A stretch of DNA of 64,000 bases from Paraphysomonas bandaiensis (lineage: Eukaryota > Protista > Chrysophyceae): positions 62,001 to 126,000 of the forward strand of contig CBFFRP010000263.1 of assembly GCA_965644295.1 (NCBI GenBank), given 5' to 3'. Of the stretch, positions 24,166 through 37,013 are shown piece by piece (positions within the stretch are counted from its first letter, which is position 1; the number at the start of each line of letters is the position of its first letter). A program made the position numbers and the translations under genes. Under the pieces are notes generated by a model that was not told the origin of the DNA, did no database searches, and saw nothing but the letters and a program-made list of their open reading frames with translations.

Positions 24166-25009
24166 GAAGAGAAATACGTACTTGGATCGGAAATACAACA
24201 CTGATACTACAGATCTATCAAACACTCACGGATCCAGTTCGCCCGTTGTCCTCCGTTCAAACTACACTACAGGTAGGCAAAAGACAAGTCTCTTTGCAAA
24301 TACTACAGAAATCGTTAGGCCGTTCCTTACGGTTGGGTAAAAAAAAAATGAAATTTTTTTTCTTCCGCATTCTCAACACACCGTACCTTACGGTTGGTCA
24401 AAAAAAAAGATAACATACACATGATGAAAGCACCCATTTCTATAGGAGAAACTGTCAAAAACCTGTGTTTTGTAAAGAAAAGGGGGTTTCATGCCATATA
24501 TATTGAAAAGTTATATGTAGATATATTGGATGCATTATGCTGGTTCCAGGACACCGTTTGAATCACAACAAGCGCTCAGCCTACTCGACATAGACTTGGT
24601 AAAACTCGTGATAACAATAATATGACTCGAGGTTCCTAATATAGGCCGCAATATTATTTCTTACCATACCATGTATGTTGGAAAGAAATGAAATCATTTC
24701 TTACCATGATCCAAAATATTTTTTTTTTTGACCACCGTAAGGAACGGGAAGAGCAAGAAAAAAAAATTCATTTTTTATTTTTTACCCACCGTAAGGAACG
24801 GCCTTAGTGATAGAAAATTATGGTGTCTCCCTACAACACAATAATACTACAGCTGATCATGTTCTACTGTACACTCTCACTCGTATCCTACAGAGTCACA
24901 CATGTACAATGACTGAAAACATAATCACTGTAACAAAAACGAATGTGCACGTTGACTTTCATTTCCATCACTCGAAGACTTCTATACCGAATCATCATTT
25001 AGCTCTACG
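24165..25009 (-). repeat. 5' LTR, interrupted by a 486-bp MITE
   Basis: Removing 24318-24806 restores the 356-bp LTR sequence. Confidence 0.93.
24318..24803. mobile_element. PIF/Harbinger-type MITE (486 bp) inserted in the 5' LTR
   Basis: TIR GGCCGTTCCTTACGGT...ACCGTAAGGAACGGCC. TTA duplicated (24315-24317 / 24804-24806). The empty site ATCGTTAGTGAT is preserved in the other LTR. Internal second copies of CCTTACGGT near both ends. Confidence 0.96.
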
Positions 25010-25397
25010 TTAGTTGTTGTTCATACGGGACGTAGAGTGTACGTACATATACATACTACAGCTGCACCTACACAATACTACTACAGTACTGTATATATAC
25101 ATACAGTAGATGGAGGTGTTTTATTGGTGTATGTATGTATTTGGTCGTTAACTTTATTATTATCTTGGTGTCTGATTCACACTCCCTCCAACTAGACTCA
25201 TACAAAACAGTCTCTCTATTATCGCATTCTAGGCAAGAGAACGACTGTCTATAGATACACCTCGAGGCATATGGGTCAGTGCGAATAATATCAGGAGAAG
25301 TAAAAGAATCATAAGTTACTGAAATACACTTACATTCCTCTGTATAGTTTAGTTTGAGGTGACTGTAGACTAGACTATCACATATTACGTGCTTGTA

Positions 25398-28300
25398 ATG
25401 TCACGATTTGCGTCTCCAGTTCGCAAACGACTTGAAAACAAGCCGTTAGTGAAATCTAACTCTCGAGCTCATGATTGGGACGATGAGACAAAGTCGACTA
25501 GATCTGGCTCACAGCGCAGAGTGAGGCCTCCACCCCCGCCCTCAGAGTTTTCTGATGACCGTAGCACAGTTTCATCTACATCTGGTCTAACCCGCCGATC
25601 TCGTTCGCGGTCACCGAGCGCCGGATGGTTACGAGATCGTCCTCCACCAAAGCCGCTCATGAAAGGGCGTGCTGCTCTGCTAACTAATCAGCTTATTTCA
25701 AACCTTAATGCAGATAAAGAAGAATCAACGTCACCAGAATCGATTTTGTTTCCATCTCGACATATTTCGACAAGTGATGCAGTCCGCAGTGCTCGCGAAG
25801 AGCTATCTAGACTGAAAGCAGAGTGGTCAACGAACGCTACACGTACAATTGATGCCGTGCAAGATATTTACAAAGACATTGCGAAAGTTAGAAGGGCACG
25901 AGAAGAAGCTAATCGACAGATCGTAGAGAAGGAGTTTGAAGTATACTCCAAGCGCGAAGAATTGGATGCCTTGTACGACCATTTAGCGAAGCTTGAGAAG
26001 TTAGCATTAGAGAAAGGCGTGAAATGGGTACGCCCACCGCTGGTTCGCCCAGCTAACATGGTAGTCCCTGCACGAAATCTTGCTTTGTCAATGGCCAGCT
26101 CTGGTGCCAGTGTAGGGACGTCTAACAGTTCCTGGAGGTTAGCATTGCGCCAGCTGACTCTTCCCCCTGGGTCCTCGAAGGCAATGTTGGATGATGATAG
26201 CGTTTCTGAGAACAAAACAGTAGATAGTCATGGAGCAGCAATCGTAATGAGAGATCGTATTAGCGCACTGTTGGACCCAGAGGACGATGAAGACACCCAC
26301 GCCAACACGCTTTCTGAGGGAACTCAGACCGACGTTCACCAGTACACCCCTAGACGTGTGGCTCCCCGTGCCCCAATAGGTCGTCCTGGTGGTTTGGTCG
26401 ATCAAGAAATACGAAGGGTGTCGCCAAACAAAACAGAGAGAGATATGCATTCTGATAGGGATTGTGATGTATCAGATGAAGGAAATGAAACCGATATGAT
26501 GGGACAACGAGTGGTGGCACCAGGCGATGGTTCGTCTGATTGGGAGGTGTACGGTCATAGCGATAGTCGTCCGGTGTCTCGTTCACCGAAGCAGAGCGTC
26601 CCCCTTAATAAATGGGTATTGGGAACTCCAACGAAGCGCGACCCAGATGGAGGTAAAAATATAATGTGGATTGCTGAGAGAGTGGCCCTAACTGCACCTC
26701 CCCCCCCACCTCCCCCAAGAAACCAGACGACCCCCCAGCCTCCAGTGAAAGATCAATTTGGGACAGCGCAAACCCCTAACAGCTACAATCACCAGGGTCA
26801 TAGGAATAACACTAACACACGCTCAAAGAGCGCTCCTCCGAGTCGTCCTCAGTCAGTGGGCAATACACACAGCCCTGTTATTGCTGCTCGGCACAAACCT
26901 GCTGCCCCCCCTCCTCCATCTCATCCCCCGCCATCTCATCTCATGCATGAAAGGGATTCTCAAACAGAACTGGAAATGGAATATCATCCGCCTCCCCCTC
27001 CCAATGACCCCCCTAGTCGTATTAGCACTGAGCCCCAGGAGGTTGATTCTGGTGTTTATAACAGCAATAGAGGACATTTAGGTACAAGTCCTAAAGTAAG
27101 TCTGTGGGAACCGGTGGAAGACGATGAAGGAGATGATGATCAGGCCACGGATCATCGTGATAACCAAGATGACCACGACGAAATGCATTCTGAAGAAGAG
27201 AATGGTTGGGCTCATGATGTCGAGGAGCAGGATATGTATCAAGAGGAGGGTGAATATGAAGAAAAATATAATGATGACGAAGATGGTGTCTTTACTGACG
27301 ACGGGGATGATATTGGCACTGGTGGTGATTACAGTATATCAGATGATCAGCCGCAGAATGACGATAGTATTTTATCTTCAGAAGAAAAAATAACCGAAGC
27401 GATTGACCGCGGTCGGAGTGGTCGAAATGGGTCTTTCAATGGTGGGAGTACACATCGCCCGTTTGAAAGCTTTGCTGAATCCGATCAATGTGATTCTATA
27501 CAGGAGGTACGCAATCCGCGTTTTTATTTTGTAAAATAAAGTGTATATCAGAGCGCTTTTGACGGTAATGATGGATCTAGATATGAAGAATTTCAAAAAA
27601 TTGTTATGAGAAATAAATGGTGTAAAGCAACCCTGAAACGGTCAGTTTTGTGATGTCTATTAAAATCATCTAACCATATAATTTGACAGTCTATCCCATT
27701 TCGACCCTATCTTGAACTCTCTTAAACGAAACGGAAGCTGTATCAAGTTCATAACGAGGTGCTGTCCAGATGAGATGCAAGGTGAGGCGACGGTCAGTAC
27801 TAGTCGACTCGGAGTGAATGTATCTTGGCTTGAGTCTATCGCATTGAGATTGGGAACCTTCTGGGCATTACCAGAAAGAACATTTCTTGTGGACTGTTTA
27901 AATGGTCATGATCCCGAGGGTGACAATCACGTTAGGTATGGAATTTCTCATGACATGATACGTTTTGAATATCTTACTAGATGGCTCTCTAAACTATTTT
28001 TGTCGTGTCAACCGCAATTGGAGAGTAAATGGAATGATCCTTCTCCATTTTCACAACAACTGTCTCATCAAGAGAGCGGAGATGATTATTTTATTCAAAA
28101 TGGCAATGTCACATCTTTGATTCCTGGTGCTCGCTCTGCTAATCATCACTGTAAGTGGCAGTGTGTAATTATCATATAAAGTTTATATCGAATGAATGCA
28201 CAGTTACTTCCTCCAGTGGAAATGGAAGCGATAATTCCGGGACCCCGCATAAATCTGGCAGGCGGCTTAGTGTTGCGTCTGCCGCTCCGAAACTCACGAG

Positions 28301-29210
28301 AAAATTATCACGCGAAGAAGAATTGGATATTGAGGCCAAGGAGTTGTCGGCAAAGCGAAATCGATACATTGGCGACCTTACAAAGTGAGTCTGTGCGAGT
28401 GTTGCTATCATTTGTACCGATATTAATATTCATTACAGGAAAGAGCGTCGGAGCTCAATGATCAAAGCTGAACAAGGTTAACATTCTTGAACTGTTATTT
28501 TCTATTGCTGAATGTTTCCGTTAGGTTGGGACTCTAACTTTTCTCGCAAAGTAAAGGATAAGATGAAGCGGTCGGATTCTGGCCTCGATAGTGTTTACCA
28601 GAAGGACGACGAAGCCGTCCGGTCCAGTATGTTTGAAGCTGTACAACTTCCTTCATATCGTACCAAAACAACAGACTTCACGAACGCAATGTCTGGTTTG
28701 GGTGAAATTGGCACTGGTAGGAACTGGACAGGGCAGACAAGGTCAAAGATTGTGCAGCAGAGCGAACATGATGACGCCATGCGCACGCACGCCATTCTCC
28801 AACATCTAACCACAGAAAACAAAGACGTAAGATATTATTGACACGCGTACACATCTAAATTTTGGTTTTTGCAGCTTTATTTGTCGATGGTGAAATCTCT
28901 GAAGGCATCTTGCATCCCGATTGAACGTGTTGAGACAGACTTACAATTGCACTTTCCTCACGGCCAGTTGGATGATAAAAATGCAATAAAACAGGCCATG
29001 CAACTTGCTGGGCGACCACACCCTAGCACGCGTGAAGTCACAATAACAGCTAAATATCTCCAGTATTGTATCGATAATATTGAAGCTGGTTTACTTAAAG
29101 ACAACAGAGCCAAAATGAGAACTAGTGGTGTGCAGAAACGAAAGTTGCCGCACTGGAGAGACTTAGTGTTAGTGTTAAAGCATATACTGAAAACATACGG
29201 TCAAAAATGA
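25398..29210 (+). CDS. Unknown multi-exon protein: coiled coil, Pro-rich and acidic low-complexity regions, globular C-terminal part
   Basis: 716-aa ORF followed by same-strand ORFs separated by short GT-AG gaps; no family recognised. Confidence 0.7.
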
Positions 29211-30508
29211 ATGAAAAATATTTTATACATATTGTATTCCATGACGTTCATATTCTAACATTCTAGTGTTGTATTGTGATGCAGTAAACTCTTGTGGTCA
29301 CATTGTAGGCCATGTGCATAATATAGTAGTTACTAAAATTGTTGTGGTCTTTATCCAGCTGGTTATCGTATTAAAAATCCGTAAACGGCAATTTTAGGTG
29401 CAGTAATACCTATGTGTAAATTCTTCTTAAGTTATATCAGTGGTGCGATTTACAGGTATGTGTCTTACGAAAGTTACTTAAAAAATATAAAACTAATCCA
29501 ACATCACGCAAAACTAGGTCTTTTAATGTGAAGTAATTACATTCTTTCTCGGTCATTTCGTGATTATTCAGTTTGAGTGTTGAGTGCTCGCCTTACATCA
29601 ATGCAATATCACAGTGAATGCACCAATGTCACAGAATCAAAAGTCAAAACAAAATATTTAAGCTAGAGCCCCGAGAAGGAATGGCTGGACGTAAATCAAC
29701 CATAGCTTTAGCTTTACCATGACTGGACTTAAACCAACCATAGCTTTACCATCACATCGCCTTCTTTATAGACCTACATACATGGAATATCTATTTTACT
29801 ACTCTATTTATCCAACTGCAATGGATATATCTAGTTCAATTTGCTGTCAAAGTTGAACCCCGCACCTCTTACGACAAATACGACACTATAGCTGAATTGC
29901 ATGAAAGCGCTACATGTGACTCCATTTTCATGTAATTGTAATTTCGTATTCTACATCCATGAATGTGGCACTCACCTGAGATGGTATTGGAATCATAAAT
30001 GAATATGTGTATATGTCGATTCGCCGTATGGGCCCTCTTACTAGTATAATATCTATATCTATGTAATGCAGTATGATGATGTCTCTGTTTCTTGTTCCTC
30101 ATACTGGGATAGTGTTAAGGAGTCCATGGTGAGATATACGGGCCCATACACTGCTGTGAGCATATCATTATAACCATACGACATGCACATATCTAGATAT
30201 CAGATATGGAGTGTGTGTCAATATCCATATCCATATACTACGTACATACCTACGTACGTACCTACCTAGTGCACGTACATACATATCGAGATAAGACCTC
30301 CAGCAGTGTATACAGCAATATACCGTGCTATACGCACTATACCCCGTATATACTAAGGTGTATGTAGTGTGTATATAGTGTATAGTGTATATACACTGGA
30401 CTTACTCCATTCCCGTTATCATCAGTTAGAACTAGAGTCAATTGCATCAAGATACATTCATGGTGTTTCTAATGGAATAACAGTCTGAAAAGAGCTGGTT
30501 TCTATATA

Positions 30509-31357
30509 ATGAATTGCACGTTACGCCGGTGTCAGGGCAAGAAAGGATGTATATGTCCGGCCAAACCGCCTATTGGTGCATATGGCTCACCCGCGACAAG
30601 AAGCGCTTCACAGGAAGTGGCGCCAGTGGTACCTCGGCGAAAGGCTGCTCGAACTCCTTCGAAATCTGTTAAAATCCCAAGTAAACTTCCTCCTATTAAA
30701 GGTGCCGTTAAATCACCCGTGACAAGCCCGAGCAAGAAATCTCCGACTATATCTACTGTTTCATCAGCTACTCCAGACAATAGCCAAAAGGATAATACCA
30801 CTACCGAACCAATTGCTACATCGGATACAGCGTCGAATCAGGTTGCTTCGTCCTCAAATGGTGATGGCAATGTCACAATATGTTATAATCATTATAAGAA
30901 GCAATTTCCGATTGCCGGTGGAAGTACTAATTCCGAGGTGATTGATGCGGAGTACTACTTGTCATTTGCGTTTCCGAATTCGAAAGTTCATCTGTCTAAA
31001 TATGCGCCCAGTGACTTTTCATTTGAAGACGAGGGCATAACTGAGCGCCCACTAATATCGGAAAATCCTCCGGGAACTTACCATGGTTTGGAGGCGGAAG
31101 CGGTGTACTGGGTCGTTGTTGAAGAGGATGCGGAGGAGCGGAAAGCTTACGAGAAGAGACAAGATGAGTACGCCCAGCAACAAGCAGAAAGACGAAAGGC
31201 AGAGGAGGCAAGCGAAACAGCTGCTGGCGCCATCAAGAAAGAGCGCGCAGAGAGCTGCAGCTGTATTGAGGGGAACCCCTGTATGGATAAATACGGGTGC
31301 AAAGACTGGGACAATAGGTATACGGTGGCGAAAAAGAATGGATGGAAGGGATTTTAA
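30509..31357 (+). CDS. Unknown 282-aa protein with Cys-rich N- and C-termini
   Basis: Single ORF: CTLRRCQGKKGCICP at the start, CSCIEGNPCMDKYGCKDW at the end, central globular segment and charged helix. Confidence 0.75.
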   Translation: MNCTLRRCQGKKGCICPAKPPIGAYGSPATRSASQEVAPVVPRRKAARTPSKSVKIPSKLPPIKGAVKSPVTSPSKKSPTISTVSSATPDNSQKDNTTTEPIATSDTASNQVASSSNGDGNVTICYNHYKKQFPIAGGSTNSEVIDAEYYLSFAFPNSKVHLSKYAPSDFSFEDEGITERPLISENPPGTYHGLEAEAVYWVVVEEDAEERKAYEKRQDEYAQQQAERRKAEEASETAAGAIKKERAESCSCIEGNPCMDKYGCKDWDNRYTVAKKNGWKGF

Positions 31358-31954
31358 TTTCTTCAAATTTATACTTTCGCATGATATATAGTATATATAT
31401 CAACAATCAACAAAGCTGTATATACGTGTATATGCACATATGCACTGCAACCATATGTATGTACTAGAAACTGGTTTGCTTGTCTGTCGTGATGGTTATG
31501 AAGAAAATACTTCGAGTGTGTATAAGAAACATTCCTAAGTATTCAAAATTGTTGGTGGTTGTGTCATACGCATTCTAAACAGTTTCGTAGAATTTTTGTA
31601 CCGAACTGCTGCTTATAACTATATAATGTAGCAACTTTAAGCGTAATATCATTCCCTTGCATCATGTTGTCCATTTCGTCCACTCCTAGAACAGAGAACA
31701 GGGTAATACTATATTACTATTGACGACAAAAAGACTCTTTATTAACTTTTGCCAAGTGGAAAATATCAACTGGCATAGGAAATTATGTCCTGGGCTGAGG
31801 AACGTACATTTCACGTTAGCTCTGCCTGGACGCGACACAAAATAGTATCGAGGGAGGGTAAAAAAGCCCAAAATATAACATAACAAAACCATATACATCA
31901 AATAGCAAAAAACTAGCAAATACAAAACAGACTATCTCACTTGAATCCCGAATG

Positions 31955-33513
31955 CTACTCTGAGTCGAAAGTATTCGTGCCATGGCGTGTGTGAGTTTCA
32001 CTATCTGTGGTGTATGTAGAGTAGTGCTGGGTATAACATTCCCGATCTGCTTCTGAGTCGTAACGGTCAAGAGTTGAGATATCCATGCTGTCGTTGAAGG
32101 GCTTCCTAGTTCTGCCTGCTGTCGGTCCACCCACATTGCGACCTACGGGGTGGAAACTCTGCTGACTCAATTCACTGTCGGAGGCAGCACGCTGGCAGGC
32201 ATCAGGTACAGGTGCCCCTACTGGCTCACTCACCGTGCGCACAATAGCAGCAGGGGTCCTTTCAATCTCCAAATACTCAGCAGTCTTGCTAATAGAAGAA
32301 TCGTAGCACGACGTCATACACGAGGAATTGTGGTCAGTGGAATGATCAGAACTTTCCTGTGGATTTCCAGGAGCTGGTTCCGAACTGTCTACTCCGCCCC
32401 CATATCGTGTGGGGTCTTTGGGGTCAAAGCACACGATAGACATACGCCTGTATAGCGGCGTCGGCATGTCGTGGACATATTCCCCACCTCCCAACGACCT
32501 CGAGACAGTATCATACAGCGAGGAAGCTGCAGAGGAAGCCATGTTCAGTGTAGAGGTTAACCAATTGAGCATCGAAGACGGGGCAAGAATGGTATCAGAT
32601 GGGGAAGGGGATATGGGACGCCCTCTGTCTGTTAGCTGCTTGTCATCACTTACTGTGATTGCCTCTTCCAATCGAGCCGACAGAGTCACAAGAGGAGTAG
32701 GACCAGAGCCAGACGTGTCCATGTCCATGTCAGGGGCGTGTAGGGAATCAAACAGATAAACGTCAAAGTTACTCGTGGTTGTAATAGTTGCCCATCCATC
32801 ATCTGTCACGTGGAGGTCTGTAGGTGGGTGAGTGTCAGTATGGGAGGCCGTTATCGTAAGCTGCAACGAATATAAGAAGTATATATATACAACACAATAA
32901 ATAGCAATACCTGAGGCGAATCGAATATGTCTTTCACAGCAAAAAGGCTGTCACCTCCAGCGCGAGTGCGGGAGAGATGACAGCATATATGAGTAGCTAA
33001 TACGTCTCGCTTTCTTTTATCTACAGCATGGTGCGCAATTGCATTTTGGACTATGCCGTGAAAATATGGTTGAAATTTCTTAGGATCTGAGGAGTTTACA
33101 TCCACTACAACTGGAATATCATTTATGTTGATTTTATCACGCACAAGGTCCCGAAATGCTTGTTCTCTCATAGAGAGGGGTTCCTCAGTTATTGTACTGA
33201 CTGGTAGCTTAAGTTTATGAAGAAGTTCAAACTCATTAAATATAGAGAAGAAATCTTCTGTAGTTCTAGCATTAGCCACACGGCTCTGAAGCATCCATCT
33301 CTCTTTGGAATCGATTTGCGATAAGACTGAATCTGAAGAAGAATTTTCACGCTGAAACGGTGATAAATTCTGACCAGATTTGGCTTTAAATAGTTTTTTA
33401 GTGAGGAGCCATGACAAGACTGCCACGACTAAAATCCCGCCTGTAATAACATGAATGTATCGACCGAATATGCCGTAATTATCCCTTGACAAGCCAGCAT
33501 ACTGGTCAATCAT
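31955..33513 (-). CDS. Unknown protein with N-terminal transmembrane helix (2 exons, 33513-32911 and 32860-31955)
   Basis: TM segment VITGGILVVAVLSWLL; in-frame GT-AG intron PQ|LTIT. Confidence 0.72.
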
Positions 33514-35972
33514 AGCGCTGAAAGACTAGAATTAGAGTCAATCAGCGCAAAGCATATATTATGCTGAAGTAAGCTCCAAGCATTACCAGTGACACGCTAG
33601 GGTCTTATAAGCAGCAGCTCACTGGGTACGAATCATACAACATACGCACGTATTATTCCGCAGGGTCGAATGAGGGTGAAAATTTTAATACAGATGGTTG
33701 AAAGATGTACGGGCTACACTCTTCTGGATACTATTTCCTGAAAACCCCCTAAAAAGGCGTTGGATATACAGAGTTTTGGATAAATAACAGAACTATTTCA
33801 GATTTTAGCACTTTTACCATTAAAATCCCTATAATATAATAATAATCTTCTTCATGATATATGCACACTCACAACTTAATGCAGACTTGGTCATTTATTG
33901 GATGTGCACCTTGTAGAGCGAAATGAATCTGCAGTGGATCCATACTTGTTACTCAGATTATACAGAAGATAGATTATTTAGGGATAAGGTTCATTAAATA
34001 TGAACGAATATTGTATTGACACACATCATATCCATGCCTGGCGCATTTAATTGGTATATGGAGGTATTTGGGGTCCACTGCATATGGCCGTAGTCTGTGG
34101 TGTTTACTATAATATTATTCACATGTTGCTTGTACTGAATTGTACTACCGGAGAAGTACATGTACCTATTTATGGACATATATATGTACACCAGGTGTGC
34201 GGGATCGTCGATAGCCTCATTGGTGTAGGATTATATAGGTTGCACTTCGTCACTCATATAGTCCTATATTATCCATCGTATTTTACAGTTAACTATGACT
34301 CATACATCATAAACTTCAATTCCTGGGCTCCAACGGCTTCACATGTCTCCGTTAAATACATATACAATACAGCACAGCATTTCGCAGAAAGAATATCCTG
34401 TCAAGAGTCTCTGTAAAAATACAACTATATCGTGGACGTTGCGCTCTTGATGTCCGTGAAGATGTGTTTTCAAAGTATACTATTTTATACGACACGATAG
34501 GAGTATCTGGGACAGTACAAGCGTGTAATTAACGTGAAATAATTTGATCTCTCATTCTTTCAACAATTCAAGCCTCAATTATCCCATATTTGGTGGCTGT
34601 AATTGCACAATGCACTTCATTACTAATTATTAGTGCGTAAGAACGGAAGAACAATAAATCTATATGCTGTGATTAAGGCATAATATAGAATATAGACGAC
34701 AAAATTAGAAAATAAATATGAATTCATTATCTGAAAATTAGTAGGAACATATTATATATTTATGGTGATGAAATATGCCACACTTAGATTAAAAGCCTTA
34801 TAATATCTAGTTTGGGTCTCTATTTGCCCGTGCACAATATAACCTATATGGTAGATGGTACTACGTTCTACTGAATATCTGATTATCATTGCTGTATCAA
34901 GTGGAAATGATTAGAATAATAATTTTATTTTAGATTTATTAGATATGTTGTGCATGCTTATAGTAACCAGCGAGTTGTAACAGGATTAACGTTAATAACA
35001 CTACTTTTCCAGTATAAATGTATACAGTAAGGACTTTTGAAGAATGTAGAATGTAGACTATTTCTCGTTCATAGTACAAAATTAATTGGTCACAAGACAT
35101 ATACAAGAGCAATAAACAAGAAGTTTACGACAATGCGTACACTAAGTTTTTACAAAGTATTTATGACGTATATCCGAGAAGACAGGCTTCAAGTTATGTG
35201 AACACAATCGATAAGAAAATTAAGCAAGACAGCAATAAAAATAATTACTAACATGCTTAATCCTTGGATCCAATCATCAACAAAGAATGATCACTGTGTT
35301 TTATAGTCCATCTACACCACCATGTAGGTTAGACAATGCCAATCACTCCTATGTAGCTGGATACATGCTTCACTACACCCTATGAATGACACCAAACTAC
35401 TATATATGTCATACAGATACATTCTCATACTGAGCAACTCTAATTTTATTGAGCCCCATTGATTGATATATACAGATATTTTGATTGACTTATTGAGCTC
35501 ATGCAGATATACATACATATATTGTTGACGGTTACAGTGCTCTGTATAATATATATAGAATGGGTTGATTCCCATCTCTCAAGTACAGCTAGATATATGT
35601 CTTTACAACACAGCACTTACTTCACTATGACCTTAAATGATCGAGTGAACGGTAGATCATACTCATAATGCAACTATGACAGTTGTAAAAAGTAAAAATG
35701 TTTTGTCTAGTACGCTAGTCGATATTGCTATACAGGCTATTATCTATTATATCTCTCAGCTTAATAGTGACAAAGTTCATTCCATGTTTCACTTATTATC
35801 TCTACAAATTACTCGCTGAAGGTCACATGTGATTGATGCAGCATCATTTTATGTTACTATTATTTAATTAATACAGTGTGTTGAGCCTTTCTTACACTCG
35901 AACTTCAAAAACAACCCCTATTGTCAAACCATCAGCAATTTTACACACACCCAAAAATGTGCATTCCTATCA

Positions 35973-36513
35973 TTACAAAGGCTCTGAAATTACAGAGGGT
36001 GTACCAGGAGGAAGCTGTTCTATATGGGCATGGTCTTTTCCTGGGAATATCCTCAACTTGTGCGCTATCCTCTTGCGCAATCTGTTCTTAGCAAGCATTC
36101 CCAGAATCGCTTTTCTCAGAATCTATCACAGAAAGGTCAGGTGAACTAGCCGTATCATATAACTTGTACACTATTTTACCTCTTCAGGGTGCTTCTCTCG
36201 TAAGTTTGCGGGGTTAGTGCTTTTGATTCCGCCAGGGTAACCAGTGTGCCAGTGGTAGAGTTTGCTCGTTTCTTTTTCACCGGAAAATTTCACATGGCGG
36301 GCATTAATAATCACTAGAATATCTTAATCATATAACAGATAATAAACAAGCACATCACTCACCAACGTAATCACCACAATCATAATTAGGTGAAAAGGTG
36401 GGTTTATGCTTTCCCTTCAAAATGTGTGTAACCTGGGATGCAAGTCGCCCAACCAACTGGCCCCGGGCATCAATAAGATGCCAAAGAGGCTTAGCAAAAC
36501 GAGAATGTGACAT
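35973..36513 (-). CDS. MRPL13: Organellar (probably mitochondrial) ribosomal protein uL13; exons 36513-36363, 36313-36180, 36122-35973
   Basis: Not in the ORF track. Spliced: [82 protein letters not shown]...[16 protein letters not shown]. Confidence 0.93.
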
Positions 36514-37013
36514 GGCTACTTTTACTTATATTAATTGTTGTTTTGTGATGGTTTCAATCACGATACACCCCCATAATGATGACTGTAAATATATATAAGC
36601 ACAAAAACACGACTTCTACTTGTGGATGAGGCGAGAGGAAAAACTATACGGGGAAATATTAACTGTACGGGTATGTGTGCAGCCCGTTTACTCCTGTAGG
36701 AACTATACTACCTTCCCTACAACTGTATATCGATAATTCGAAATTCAAGTGTAGTATGAGAATACATTTTCAGTCCATTGTATTCAGCGATCACACCCGT
36801 GTATGTGTGTTCATATGTATTTCTCGTTCATGATATAGTTATTAAACAACTATAGGAAGAGTATCACTCTTTACGGTGACTGTGAAGGGAAGGCTTTCCA
36901 GTAGTTCGCCTGACACTGGTTGAGCGTTCTGTATGATCCTCAGACAGTCTTGTGTGATGCTTATTTAATCTCTCTGTTCTTGTTACCTCTATACGTATAT
37001 ATACTTATATAGG

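Larger units (their letters stand above)
19423..25009 (-). mobile_element. Full-length Ty1/copia LTR retrotransposon with non-canonical termini and primer site
   Basis: Two 356-bp LTRs (one substitution seen; the 5' LTR is interrupted by a MITE) around one intact gag-PR-IN-RT-RH ORF in copia order. Confidence 0.96.

Noticed and set aside
25003-25038. 8-bp inverted copy of the LTR end (ACGTAGAG) ~20 bp into the flank
   Set aside because: Too short to separate from chance in ACGT/GTAC-rich local sequence.
33520-35950. Long AT-rich gap with short ORFs
   Set aside because: No convincing coding, tRNA, snRNA or TIR signal found by eye.
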